64,000 nt of DNA from positions 4,825 through 68,824 of the forward strand of contig JAFGCB010000023.1 of assembly GCA_016932855.1 (NCBI GenBank). The letters are read 5' to 3'. The position numbers were made by a program, and so were the translations under genes. The notes under the pieces were generated by a model. It saw only the letters and a list, made by a program, of their open reading frames with translations, was not told the DNA's origin and ran no database searches. Positions 17,001-32,000 of this stretch are shown piece by piece. The number at the start of each line of letters is the position of its first letter. Within the stretch, counting starts at the first letter, position 1. The DNA comes from Candidatus Omnitrophota bacterium (lineage in GTDB: Bacteria; Omnitrophota; Gorgyraeia; Duberdicusellales; Duberdicusellaceae).

Positions 17001-20000
17001 TCATCAGTAAATACATTCCCTTGCAGGTTAAAACATTCGGGATTTTGACTTAAAAACCGTATTTGCTCATCCAAAGTTAATTCCTGCATTGCTTGAGCAA
17101 ATTCTTTCTCCTGAACAATACAGATTTTTCTTTGCTGCCATTCTCCCTTATCAAATAAAAGTCTTTCCTCCTTAGTCTCGTTTAATGTATATATACTTCC
17201 GACTTCGCTTAAATTAGAAAAATATAAATACCCTTTGCTACCCATAATAAATGCTTTACAGCCAAGACTAAGTCTGGTAAAGGCCGCGGGCATAATAATG
17301 TTCTCCCTTACCAGCATAGAAATGATGGATTCCATGCGAAAATCATTACCTCTAAAGACAACTATGGACTCCTGCCTTTTACCCCTTAAGCCTAGGTTCT
17401 TAATCCAGAACATACCTTTATCGATACGGGCGGGCGCGATAACTTCCGAGTCTTTTTCTGCCCATAACAGTTCTGCTGCCTCAATGCAAGATACTCCTCG
17501 GCTACTCCCTTTGAAGCTTCTAACTTTCAATCCGCTATTGTAAGGAAACCGGAAACGCGCGCCGCCGGTTTTCGGACATCCGATGCAAAAATCATTCTTA
17601 ATTAATTGCTTTATCTGCCAAGCCTGAGGAGGAGCGTTTCTTACCAAAATATCGTCAAGAAAGGTTTTTAAATAAATATTTTCTTCAGCGCCTACGCTTT
17701 TTTCCAAACAAGTTTCATATCTTGCAAGAACATAACCCTTATGGTATACAAAGATTTCATCTAGGGTGCGTAAGAAAAATAGGTAATTGGCATTCCTATT
17801 CTTTTTAATTGACCTACCCAAGGTCTTTCTCTCAGCTAAAACAGTAAAAAGATTTCTTCCGAAACCATCATCTTGATCCATCCTTACAACTAAATCCTTA
17901 ATAAGAGTATAATTTCTACTGTGTAAATGAGGTATTAAGAATGTAATGGGCCTAAGCTTAATACTACTTGTTTTTCGAATCCCTTCGATACGGGTATTCC
18001 TGACTCTCTCGGCAATAACCCTAAGTTGATCTTCTCTAGTTCCAAAATGATTTCTTAAAACCCTGTTTACAAAAGTTTTTGCCGGCGGATGAGAAAATAA
18101 CTCGTCACCGCTTAATATGCCGTGTTCTGAAAAAGATACACCGCCTTTTGTAGACTCGCAGAACACAAAATCTCCTTCGGAGTAAACAATCAAAAGAAAA
18201 TTGCCTTCATCTTTTATATCGATCAATGCCTTTACCGCGTATTCTCTTTCTTTATCCGGAGCGTCAAAAGAAATACTTACAGCCCGGCCCCTTAGAGCTT
18301 CTCCGAAATTAAGACTGCCCCCTAACTCAGATCCGAAAACTATACTTCCGCTATCCATTGCATATTTTTTAACATCCTCTGGACTAAGCCCCTTTCTGAT
18401 AAATCCCCTCACAGCGCTTCTGTATACTTGTAATAAACCTGGATCTATTGATACCGGCGAACTTAAACCATCAGACACATGCCTTGCCTCAGAGTTGTTT
18501 TTCCTTACATCACATTCAAAGCGAACAGTAACCAGACCTCTTTGCGATTGAATACCTAGATGGGCGGCTTGATCACCAATTAACTTGTTAAGTTCTGCGA
18601 GGCTCCCATACATTAAGGTTTTGCCACGGCCATATTGCCTGAAAAACTCAGATTTGCCGGTCTTAGCGTATAAAAGCAAGAGCTCCACGGGATCGGGTAT
18701 TTTAGCAGGGTCAAATTCACCCTGATTTTCAATGGTAAACACAAGATGGCCTTGCCGTCCAAGCTTACCTGGTGTAAAAAAGTAGCTCATCACTACATCA
18801 CCTCTGTCGTCTTTTCTGTGTTTTATCGCGTTCTCAATCATTTCACCTAGTATATTTTCTATGGGCCCGGCAACATCATCACCAAACACTCTATTGAGGC
18901 TATTTCTAAATGCTACCTGCCAAAGAGCACTCACTGCAGTCATATCTTTTTTAGGAGCTTCGTTAATCACTATTCTTCTCTTTATTGAAATTTTTCCTTC
19001 TTCCGACTCCCGACCCAAGACTAAAGACTCAAAACCTTCAACTGGAGAATTTAAAGAACGCCTGATTTTTTCCAGTTCTCTGCCCGCCCGGTCGAGATAA
19101 CCACTGTTTCTCAAATCAGACAGTGCTTTCTGGTAATAAATTTCGTTGACTTCAAACGTACCTTCATACTCATCGCATTCATCGTCGTAAGGTTCTATAT
19201 CCCTTTTTCCCCATTTCTCCGTCAATACCACGTATTGAAAAGGCATATCTTCGTTCTTCCGGAACATTCCCCCAAGGATAGCTTCCTCGCCCAAAGACCT
19301 CAAGAAATATATCAACATCGCGGAGTTAGCCAAGCACGTATCCAGCCTAAAACTCCTGATGACAGCTTCGATATGCAAAACATCGATTGTATCAACCGAA
19401 GAACTAGCCGATATTAGACTTCTTGTTTTCGCATTATAACTATTTCCCAGTTCTCTAAAAGCGGCTCCAACCAAAGAGTCTCTGTTTTTACAATAGAAGA
19501 CTCTAGCCGGATCAACGCCTAACCTTTCGGCAACTAGTTTTTGAGTTATCCGCCTTACTTTTTGAGACTTAAAATATTCTATTGCCTGCAGGATTCTACC
19601 GCCGATAAGAAGGCTATATACTGCTTTCTCCACCTCGGTATTAGCTAGGCGGCGTAAGCGAAGGGTCTCATGGCTTACCCCCGCTTTGTTACAAATTGTA
19701 GTTATACTAATCGGTTTTACTGTCGTAAGCCAAAGTATTTCCACTGCCTTAAGGATAAAAAAATCGCTTTTATTGCCGGTAGGCAATGTATCCATCACTT
19801 TACCAACCTCAGGATTGGCACGCCTGCGCCGGCTAACAGTAGATTCAGAAAGCCCGGTTCTTTGAGTAACTAAAGCTTGACCGCCTGGCATGCCTTCAGA
19901 TGCAATATATGCCGCTTCCTTAATAATAAGACGACCGGCTCTGGTAAATTTAATAACCTGGCTATTTACGGAACCCTTGCGATTTGTACCGTCCAGTGGC

Positions 20001-23000
20001 GAGCTCAACCCATCTTCCGACACCCCAAGCTCGATGCCCGTAACTGCCTCTTCTCCAATAGAATCTGAGCTTTGATTATTTCCTGGAAATTTCCTAAAAC
20101 CCCATAAGACCGCTGGTACATATAGAGCCACACCTAACAAAAATCCTTCTATGCTTGCATGCCATGGTAAATAAAATAAGTTATAGGAAATACCAATCGG
20201 CAATAATATCTTCGCCCAATTTCTTACTTTCGTCTTCTCTGCCGAGTTAGGTTTCTTATATGTCATATAAAGTGAATAGACCATAAAAGGAGGGCCTAAG
20301 GCTCCTACAAGAAGGTTTTGGGTAGTAAAACTTAAGGGAAGAGAGAATATTATGCTCAAACCTATACCATAATACGGCCAAGCTGTGATAATTGTTTTAC
20401 GCATGTTAGGAATCTTGTCTTTTAATATAGTTACAACCCCTCTGTTTTTATTTTCCGGTAAGCTTTTCTCAACTAAACTTTGCATAGAAAAAATAAGAAA
20501 AAGAGAGACTACTGCTGTAGTAATCTGATCAGCACCGCCAAGCAAAACGCAAGGCAAAGAACTTTTTAGCCATATATTATAAGTACAAGGCCAAAACCAA
20601 CCAAAGAAAAAGAAGGTTAATCCAATAGTAGCACCTAATCCCTTAAAATTAAACCTCTTTAGATTTAACAGCTGGCCGGAAATATCTGCTATGGCTCTAA
20701 AAGTAAGAAAACTAACAAAGGTCCTCAAATTAACAAACCCTATAAATCCTGGAATATTCACTGAAGCAAATAATTCACCTAATGGTATTTTAGGCACGTA
20801 CTGTAAAAGATAGAATGAAATACCTATAACTGCAGTTGTTATAGCAACTACGGGGATAGTTTTACGTAATCGCGTTAGCTGGTTAGAATTATAGTCAATT
20901 TTTTTAAGGGGCGAGCTGATGATTCTCTCGGTTTGCGGTTTGCGGTTTGCGGTTTGCGTAAAGGATTCATTTCCGGAAATTGGGCTTGAGGCATTTTTGT
21001 TTTTATCCCAAAACTTAGATTTTATTGGTGAAGAAGTTAATCCTTTTATGGATTTGGCAGGGCTTGATAAAGATATGCTTATTGGCGGAGCATTGCCAGA
21101 TAAACCTCTTTTAACAAACCAATTATTTAAAGGAGAGCTGATTATTCTTGTTTTATTTGATAGCTTTTTTCGGCTAAACACATAAGGAACTTCTACTACA
21201 TCACCCTCACTTAGCGTCTCATGGTTTAAATCATCACCATCTCTACCAATGGACGCATCTAAAGAATAACTTCTTAATATAGGAAACTTCTTTTTAATTG
21301 CATAGCTTTCTCTGGCTAAAGACGCCCAAGCACCTCTACGAAGAGCTTTTTCAAGCGGAACAGTAAAATCGTAATCCATTACTGCCTGATAAAATCCGAC
21401 TAATATAAAGGCTCTTCTATCTTCCGGTCTAAAACATCTATACCTATATGCACTCATCCAAACAAGTCTTTCTATAAGGCTTCTATGAATTCTACATAAA
21501 ACATCAAAAGCTCTGTGTTCGTTTTGCTTAATAAGTAAAATTAATTGGTGCGATTGCTTACTTAATATTCTATCAAAATTAAGAAAAGGATTTTCTAAGA
21601 TGGATGTATCTATTTTTCTACTGCGTAGAGAATTATTCAACTTCTCGATTCTAAGTTGCCTTGTCCTAGGAGAAGGAGATTTTTTCTTCAAAGAAACCCA
21701 ATCAGCATTATCTTCGAGATTAACAAACCATATACCTGAAAATTCACGAGTTCCTCCGCCGCCGCCACCAAAGAGAGTAACTTTTTGCCCTGCTAATTTC
21801 TTGTCGTGTAAATCGTAAACAATTGTATTAGGACTATGATTAAACTTACTTGCCACTTCAGATGTAGTTAAGTAACTAGGATTAGTATAGATTTCATACT
21901 GCCTGTGGATTTCTTTTACGATTTTAAGAAAATCATATATATCTATTCCCTTAAATCTAGACTCAGAAGAACTTAAGCTTAGTAACGTATCTTTTAAGAT
22001 ATTTCTTCGCTTGCCGAATTCTTGATTTAGTATTTCAGAAAGTATGTAACGTTTAGGGTTTTTCACCAATTTATAAAAAACTGCCTTATAAATATCGCAA
22101 ACACCATATTCATTTATAGCTTTCTTAGCTTGCGGCAAAGGGATAATCAAAGCCTGTTCTTTATTCAAACTATTCAAGGCATCTACTGATATGTACCATC
22201 TTCTGCCCGACTTCTTTACTCCCAATCTTTTCCTCATCGAACGTTTTCTGTTTAACATATTAGAAAAAACGCTTCTGTTAACTCCCAGCACCAAGGCAGC
22301 TCTAGAAAGAGTAACAAACCCAGAAGCATTATCATCCTTAACAACTTCTGGCTGTAGAGCGCCTATCCACTCTTGATCAATTGATAAATTTCTTATAACA
22401 GCCTCCAAAACATTAATTCTTTGCCCCTTAACCCTAACCCAAAAATTCTTGTTATACCTCTTATCTGGTATACTTCTTAATGGTGAACTAACTATAGATG
22501 CTTCATCGAATAACTCAGCGGCCGTATATCCTGCTTCAAAGATTATTTTTTTTCTAGTAGAGCTAATACGTTTTGCTAATATTTCTTCTGGCTGGGATAA
22601 AGATCCTTCTCCGTCAAGCTCATGAACTAACCATTTATCCATAAGCGCTTTTGTTTTGCTAGAAACTTCATTTTCAAATCTCTTTAGCACTCCTTCAAAA
22701 TAAAAACCATTTAAGTTATCTAGAATTCTAACACGCAAATCTCTATTCAAATCCTTTAGAAAATCTATAAGAGCAAACTCTAACCAAAGAGGCGCTCTCC
22801 TAGCTCTAGTTCTTAGAGTATTAATAACCATAGATACCCAATCAAAGGCAATCCAATCTTTACTACCAATAACCTTATGTATAAGCGCATTAAGCGCGAC
22901 AGTTTCTTTATCTTCTCTAAAATAAATTTTCTCTAATAACGACATAAGCTCTTCTTTCTTTTGCGATTTATTCCAGCTGGGATTAAACAACATAGACATA

Positions 23001-26000
23001 TATCCACAAACAAGCTTAAATATGACTTCAACCGCGCTTAAATAAGCTTTGGATTCTTTCCCCGGGTTAACAATGTGTTTAATAAACTGTATCTTACTCT
23101 CTAGGATTTCAATTAATACTAAAGTATGCTCTCCAGATTCAGAATTTATATTTAAATTATTAATTATGTAATTTAAATAGTGCTCGCCACCTGAACCACT
23201 ATAATCTAATAAAAGATCTCTTAAAATACCTCTTTGGGTTTTTACTCCATTACCAAAAATAGCAACTGGTGTAGTTAAATCAAAAAATTCTTGCTCTCCT
23301 ATATCATCACTAGCTATGTCCGGCATGCCCTCTTCGTTGGTCCAAAGCATTGCTTTCTCTAACATAGACTTACCAAGATAGTACTTTCTTCTTTTACCTC
23401 TAACATTTAAAGACAACCGTTTCTTTACAAGAGGAATCCCTTTTATCATTAAATCAGGACCAAACCGTGCCCTAAGCTCCTCTAAAGATATTGTTAAACT
23501 TGCACAGTTAAAAACAATTTCTTCAGTTATTGGTTGGTGCACTGTAATGCGCGAAAACTTCTTTGGGCTTCCTTGCTGACCAAATTCACTAGCATTTTCT
23601 GAAAGTTCATTCCTTTGCTTATACTCAAGCAATATAACCTCTGACCCATTAACAGCAAAATTCGCCTCTAATAAGCTCCCTTCTTTAAGGCTAACTGATA
23701 CAGGATAAACTTTACAGAAATTAATAAGATTCCAAGTCTTATTGTGCCTTACGGGAAGATGTCTAACTCTTACCCGCTTAGCCCCAGCCTCTTTTAACAA
23801 CTTAAACATCTTTTTGCTTTTAATGTTAACTGTGCCTGGATTCTCTCTGCTGATAGTCATAAGTAGTTTCCATTCGTTAGAACTATTGGTTGTATATTCA
23901 ACGCGAATAAAATCATCGAAAGTTGTAAAATCAGAATCTACCCCAAGAGAAACTACTCTTATCGGCCAGCCATCTATTAACCAAACAAGCAAACGAGCGT
24001 TACTAAATGGTGTAAAGAAACCTTCATCTCTACCAGCATCTATAAGAAATTTTCCGTTTGAATCAGTTGGCACTCCGGCAACAAACCCAGTCCAAGCTAT
24101 GCGTCGTAAATAAGAAATACTGCTAAAATCTAATTTATAGATGTTTCCTTCGCGATCATACACTTCAAAAGCAATCTCTAACCTTGGATTGCTTCGATCA
24201 AAGGCAGACTTTGACATAGCCCTTAAAAGTGGGGGTTGACCATTGTCTTTTTTCGCTAAGAATAACCGAACTGGCCCAGGAGATTGATGATACACTCCGT
24301 AGTTATGATTAAAAAGCCAAACGGTACTGACTGAAGTCGACTTACTAGCAACCGTAGTTGATTTTCCTTCAAGTACCAATAAATCATGTTCTCCAAAAAA
24401 TTTATTTAAGTAAAACTTTAACAACGCCACTGCTTCTTTTTTCTTTTTTCCTGCATATTGATAATCCCGCTGATGATAAAGAATATTTCCCTTCATGTCT
24501 AGAATTAAATGGTGCCCCCTGGCAACCAAATCTTGTCGCTTAGATACCTCGCCTCTTCTTCCTATTCCGGAATAATTAGAACGTGGACGATTATGATGGG
24601 TATCTTTTAAAACCTTAATGAAATTTCTCTCCCAAGGTTTAACGTCAAACTTATCAGATAGAATATTCTTGGCGCTTGTCGTAACTATCGGACTAGAAGC
24701 TTTCTCGCTTTTATCGCTAAATAATTTCGCTGTAAGTTTTTCATAATCATCCGGCCTAGGATTTACAAAATGCCAATTCATAACAGCTAAGATATCATCT
24801 GCCTGCTCTTCGGTAGCACCAACAAATACTACACCCAACGTATCCCCGATCTCTAAGTCGCGTAATGCTGAAAAGCCTTGCCTTTCAATATTTTTAAATA
24901 CAATCTCTGAAGATTCAGGAAAGACTGTCTTACACGACAGAAGAGTTATTTTTATACCCCATTTTATTTTTATCCTTTCTGATAAGTAACCTAAGCCCTG
25001 GGATATGCAGAAACGTTCATCGGTTAAATCCCTTTCCACTGTAATCTGCCTAAATTCTTGCTGCTCTAAATCTAAAGTTACAAAAGTGTTTGAATCACTT
25101 TTGTAACTTTGTGCCAGGGGCGAGCTGATTGGCTTGCCATCAACGAAATAAATAGAAGGGTCCCTTTTTTCCAATCTATTAAGCACTTCGCCTGCCCTTT
25201 TGACTACAGATTGGGGCAAATCTCCACTTAATCTCCATATCTTATTAAAAGACGCTAATCTCTCTATTTTTGCTGTACAAAAGCAATTACCTATATCTTC
25301 CAACACAGCAAGCGAAAATAGGATAACTTCAGAGCTCGTATCATCCAAAGCTTTACGGTAGAATACATTTCTTACTCTACTCAGGTAAATTTGCCTATCT
25401 GCATCCGGCAATTTATTATAAACATTCCATATAACCTGATATAACTTTAACCTTCTTTGACTTGTAAGTATAGCTTTGCCGTAATGGAATTTTTCATGCG
25501 AAACTTCTATGCCTTCAGCTACCGTTAACAATAACTCTAGGGCTTGCCGGCAAGGATGCTCTAAAGAATCATTAAGGTAAAGATCTACTACCTCCCATTT
25601 AGACTTTTCTAAAGAAGGCAGAAATACTTTCCCCATAACTTCAGTAAAATCACCTAATTCTGTCTGTATGCTGGTTAGCTTAAAGACCAAAGACTCTGAA
25701 ACCTTTTGGCCCAAAAAACTATCAACTATTATTCCTAACCAGGCAACAAAATCTTTTCTTAAAGAGCTGTCTATTGGAAGCTGCTCTATTTTATTGGACA
25801 AAGAAATGGCTAACTTGCAGAAATATAGCTTTTCAACAAGGTTAACATCTTTCTTTCCGGAATTAGATTTTATGCCGGAAAAAACCTTATTTAGTTCCGG
25901 CTCATCTTGAGCAATAATCACAGCTTCTTTCATACACATAAAAGACAAACGAATAAAAAAGTTCTTAAAATCTACTGCTTTTAGTAGGTGCTCTATTAAA

Positions 26001-29000
26001 CTTAACCTCTCCTCCTGCGATTTAGCCATAGAGCCTGCTACCTGCAAGCATCTATCGGCCATAGATAAATCACTTGCTGAATACGCTTTATCGGAATAAA
26101 CAAAAGCTATTAGTTTATCCGCTACCTTGTCTCTGTATATCTTCTCTAATTCTAATCCCTTCAACACCTTAAGAGCCTTAATTCTTATGAGCCTATCTGC
26201 TGGTTTATATGCATACTTGTTAAATCCCAATATACCTAAACTTCCTGCTATGGCCTCAAAACAGCCGAACAATATTTCCCTACTATAACCAGTAAGCCAC
26301 CCTATAAGCCTGGCTTCCTTAAAAGCAGGTAATAATGAGTCTTGAATAACAAGCAGGCTCAATTCTCCTAAAATGGCTACTCCGGATAAAACAATAAAAG
26401 TTTTACATATGATTTGCGTGAGCCTATCCAGCGATTGAATAAAACGGGAACGAATTAAGAGGCTTGAGCCCTTATCAAGATAATCTAAATAAAAAAGCAT
26501 TTTGGCGTAATTCGTCGCTCTCTTTACCACCGCTTCTTTACGGTAAACTTTATTACCTAAATTATTTGTAATTGAATTGACTATTCTTTCTATGTTTCCA
26601 TCGTAAATCACAGACAGTCTGTTTAAACCGAGCTTGTTTACATACCCCTTAAGCGTAGAATCGGAAGTTTTCTCATTCGCAGTCCAACCCGTCCTTAAAA
26701 TATCAACAAGGGTAAAAAAGTTTGCAAGAACCTCGAGTATGTTTTGGTTTTTAAGATACGGGAGCTCTCTTTTTACATACTCACTATTCGAACTAAGTAG
26801 CCCCGCTAATTGATCTTTTCCGTCTAAAGCATTATTCTTCTTGAGCAGGGGCGAGCTGATTGGTTTATCCTCGAGTGAGAAAATAAAAGCGTCCCCTTTT
26901 ACTGAACTTAATTTAATCGGGCTTGAAAACTTACCTTCGGAACTTACCTGTGCTTGCTCAATTGTAACCTCTGTCAATAATACAAGCTCACCGAATTCCT
27001 TGAATCCCCTCAAGGAACCGATATCGCGGAGCTGGCCAAAATGATTATCCTTTTCGTCTTTTGCTCTCCGGTTAAATTTAGTCCTGGGTTCAAAAACAAG
27101 AAAAATCACATTATTGCCGATAAGCCTTGCATAACCCTTGAAAGACCTTTTGGCAAAATAAAGACGCTTAACATCTGTGCCCCAAGCTGGCGGAATTTTA
27201 TGCCTGTAGTGCGGTTTATCAGGGCCTTCAATAAAACTTTTTACCTTTACTTCAATCTCTCTAATCGGAAATTTCTCTAGGACTTTCGCTTCAGTCCAAT
27301 TGCTATCAATAAACCAAACCTTGTATTCCTGCCTAATAGGCTGCTTTCGAGTTATTTCTTTTTTAGCCTTATACGAAGTCTCTAGATTTTTCTTATAATC
27401 CAGCAATGTCTTGTTATTTGCAATGTGATAGTTAAGCTTAAGCCAATTACTTATCACCTCAAACACAGTCTTAGAAAAAATATCAGCAACCTCCTCAACT
27501 TCTATCTCTTTCCCAAGCGCCTGGATTAAGCTCGTATAAGAAGGTGCTTCGCTGATTATCTCCTGCATTTTATCCTCAGTTATCCTTTTTAGCTTAGCTT
27601 TGACTTTCGCCTGCGCAGCCTTTTCTTCCCTGCTTACTACATGAATAACTGCGCTTTTGGGACTGCCTATGACAAATTCTGGCTTCTTTATAGTGGGCAT
27701 TATTGAAGCAGGCTTTACCTTAATAGACGACTTTATTAAAGGTCCCTCGCAACTTTTATTTTTACGAAGCATAAAAATTCTGATGAGCACTATTCCTGCG
27801 GCAAGGCCGCCGATTGATAAAATAAGTATTGGCCAAGTCTTAGAATCAGCGTGCTTCTCAGGCCCTTTCTCTTCCTGCATTAACCTAGCTTGTTCTGCTA
27901 CTAATGGTATTCTGTCCAACAAAATCGCCAACGATCCGATCGCTTGAGCAGGATTTTCTTTAAAAAGGTTGATATATTCCTTCATATATGAATACCTAAT
28001 ACAAAGTAAACATCCCTGCTCAGCGGTCATAACCATTCTCTCCCCGTCTATAACAAGACTCTGGTCATTGACAATCACAACCGCGAGGAGTTTCTTCAAA
28101 GATGCAGGCTTAGCTATAAGAATTGCCTCGGAGAGTAATTCAATCGGGTTTAGCTCTTTTACATATTGCTGATGTTCCTGGAACATTTGCTTAAGCACCG
28201 GACCGATAGGAAGACCTGTTGTCTTGCCGAAATAATTTTCCTTTTTGCTTCCTAAAAGCCAGTAATGATTCTCAATGCTGGAATCAGGCAAAATAATAAG
28301 TTGCTTAGCCTTTTTTACTGCGCCATCCTTACTCACCTGAATATTCAAAGTAGAAGGCGCAAGCAGGATAAGTGCTGATACTATGGTCAAAACCCTTGTA
28401 CAGCCTTTAATAGACGGGAAATGTTTGGCTCTAAACGAAGAGAGCGGCGAGCTGATCCCGTTATTAGCGGATAGTAGATTATCGTTATGAGCTTCACTGA
28501 ACGCTAAACGTCCTTCAACAAGTTTATGATTATCTACAGAAGGACCCTGAGTATTCCCGAAGGGCTCTTCGCTAACCGCTAAAGAAGCCACCGGCGAGCT
28601 TAAACCTTTATCGTCGTGCGTACCGCTCGTCCCGTGTCCCGAGACTTCGGGATTTACGGGACGTACTGCGTACCGTGAAGGTAAGCCGATAAAGGCAATT
28701 TTTCCACCAAGCCAAACAAATAATCCTAAGCCCGTAAGAAGACCGGGTAGTGGAATACAGCCGTACATACCGGACAAAAACCATTCCACAAGAGGACCAA
28801 AGCTAAGGGCAAATAAAATAGTGACTCCTAAAAAGCCAACAGTTTTATTCAATATCCTTGGATGGCTTAAGCTTTCCCAGATTAATCCGCCTATCCCAAC
28901 CGCCGTAGCTATATCAGCTATGTTTATAGAATAAGGAGAATTATATATATTCTTAAATATCTCCAGGTAATCTACCTGATAACCCAACGAAAGTGTTATC

Positions 29001-32000
29001 AAATGCGCAGTAAGCCCGCCTACAAGCAATCCGAATATCGCTTTTGCCTTGCCCTGGCCGATAAATTCCTTAACCTTATTCACCGTCCAAGCTGAAATAA
29101 TTAATACCCCGGCTGTAGCCAGAACATCGGCCAAGCTGATATGGCCTGAAAAAATATGGGTATTTATCTCAAGCCAGTTCTTTGCTAGTCCAAAATGCGG
29201 TTTGAATAAAGCTACCGTTAATTTTGTAATTAAATCAACACTTGCAACGACTGCAGCTATTACTCCGCCCTTTCTTATCCATCCATTGCTTCCAACCGGA
29301 CTGCTATCTATTGAGCTTGTCACCGGACTGCTGGATCTAGACTTAACTGCGATAGAAAAGTCGGTTTGTTTTTGACCTTCTTGAAAATAAGTAACTCCGC
29401 TATGAAACTCATCTTTGGACCAGAAGATTGCGTCGCCTTCGCCTTCATTGTATATAAATAGGCCGCCGTCTTTATTAGTGTTGCGAATAATCTTCCGGAC
29501 GAGCCCCTGATTAAGCTGAGGCTCTTTTCTAAAGAAATCCGTCAAACCGCGCATGGAAATAATGTCGTATTTTTCTTTAAAAACAAGGGTCCATTGCTCT
29601 TTACCAAATAAATCAACATATCTGTATTCAAAGCTAAAATCAATGCTTTGGTGTTTCCTGTTCTCTTTAAAAAGCCGGGCCTCTTGAAGATGCCACAAAG
29701 ATACATCATGCCCGATTACATCAACTTTCCAGTTTATCTTATCGATATCACCTTCTTTAAGTAGTGAATTTTTAATTACCCTCTCAAAGAATGAAAACTC
29801 ATAAAATTTAATTTTTCTATCATTTCCCACCCCGATAATTTTCAGCGATATATTAAAATCATTCCGTTCTTTCTTTATTTTTATTAGTTGCCCGATAAAT
29901 TTTTCAAGTTTCTTATCAGTTCTTGCCTCAATAGGCCAGGCATCACCGGACCAGCCTTTATTTAGTGCTAACCCCAGCCTTAAACCCAATAAAGTTAGCT
30001 CTCTCTCAATTTCTTCACCAGAAGGCTGCATAAGAAAATCCCTATATTCCTGCAAGTTAGCTTTTTGAGAATTCTCAGCTTTTAGTAACAGATAAGGCAG
30101 AAAATGGACTTCTGAAAACTCAGGAAAATATTCCACGCTTCTTCGAACATTGCCTGAATCTACAAGATACTCCATAATCTCTCTGGCTGTCTTTTCTTCT
30201 TCTGTAAGCGTCCTGCCTAAGTCAGCCCATAATATGTCCTTACCTAGCGGCGAGCTTATACGGCACGGATATCTGTAAACTATCGTAGCGGCGATGATAT
30301 TTTCGGATATGATTAGCTTGCCTATAGCAATTTTTTCTGACGGACTCTGCAAGACAACAGCAAAACGAGCCCCCGGTCTTGCCTGCCTCAGTAATACCAT
30401 TCTTAAATAGTGGTTTAAATCACTCTCTGATGGACAGCAATCAGAAAGAGTAAACCAATTCCTGGGACGACCCTTAAGTTCAAAGTTCCTAGAAGAAATA
30501 ATGCCGATAGAGTCGATTTTTCCCTCACGATACAATGAAAGCACTTTTCTAACAACCTCATCCAGACTTAAATTACATACGGGCTTACCCTGTTCCCCAT
30601 ACAATTTCAACGGCGAGCTTACCCCTTTTCCTAGAGTTACAAAAGTGTTTGAATCACTTTTGTAACTTTGTGCCAGGGGCGAGCTGATTGGCTTGCCATC
30701 AACGAAATAAATATAAGCGTCCCCATCTGTTACATAACTGCTTGAATAAGTTATGTAACAGATAGCGCACATAGTCAACCTTCCAGCAAACTTTGTTAAT
30801 GCGGTCTTAAGCGGGCTACTTACACTAATGCCTGTAATATCTACAATAACAGTAGCCATACCTATCTCCGTATCAGGTAAAACATCTTGATGCGGCTTTG
30901 TATAGCTAACGGTAAAACCGAAACGTATCTTGTCCTTGGCATACCCCGGAGTGGTACCGTAAAAAGCCGCTAACATCGCTATTTGACCACGTAACTCTGA
31001 ATCCAGGAAATCTCTGAAAAGCAGTGGATTATCTTCAACCTCAAAAACAAGCGGTGGTTCCGGCTCAAATAAATCATCTTTATACCTGTAGATAATCCGC
31101 ATTACATGGAACGGTTTTCTGCGATAGGAATCAAATAATTCTTGGACTATTCTTCCAAATGTAAAATCTGCTTCTGGAATACCGCTTTTACCACGCAGCT
31201 TCATAGGAGAGCTAGCGAAGGAATCTTTTAAGTATTTCGGCTTTAGCGGCTCCTCAGACCTACTAAGTGACGAGCTGATTGGCTTGCCATCAACGAAATA
31301 AATAGAAGCGTCCCCTTTTTTAAGCGAAATTCCGGTATCTATCTTTCTGCAGACAGCCCAGGAACTTGCATAACTCAATGAAGCTTGTCCTTGTGAAATT
31401 AATAGGCCCTCCCAGGAATTACTACTTAAGCCTAGCCTAGCCAGGTGCGACAGCTGAAAATACTTCTTAACAACAGCAACATCGAATTTGATGCCGGTCA
31501 TAAGCATAAACCCTTGCTCAGAGACATCAGTGTTAAGCTTGCTCCAAAACTTCTCCTCTTCAGCCATTACGCCCAGCCAGCCGGGGAAACTGACAAACGT
31601 CAAATCAACTTCTTCATCATCTCTAACAGCTTCCCGGCAAAAATAATCTAAGGGACGTAAGGCCAAATAAATCTGTCTGTTTGAACTTACTCTGACCGTC
31701 AAAACGCAAGTTTCTGTTTTCGTAAGCTTGTCTTTTATATTGGACGGTGTCTCAATAAGCTCAAAACCATAACCACTGGAAATAAGCGCGGGGAAATTCT
31801 GCCAGTCTTTACATATAGGGTCTACTAAAATAATCTTCTCAAGACTAGGAAACAAATTGACGATTATCCGCAAGTAATCTTTTCTCGGACCGTGCGCTAC
31901 TGACAAGGCGAGCTTGGGCTGAAACTTCTCTTTCTCAAAGAATCCCTGCAAGGATTGGTACCAGGGAAAATCAGAAAAGAAGTCCCAAATATAACCGCTA

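Noticed and set aside
21372-21432. Sigma-70 region-2-like stretch AFILVGFYQAVMDYDF
   Set aside because: Only loose resemblance to the region 2.1/2.2 consensus. There are no 2.4 or region-4 motifs nearby. Mentioned in a finding but not called as a feature.
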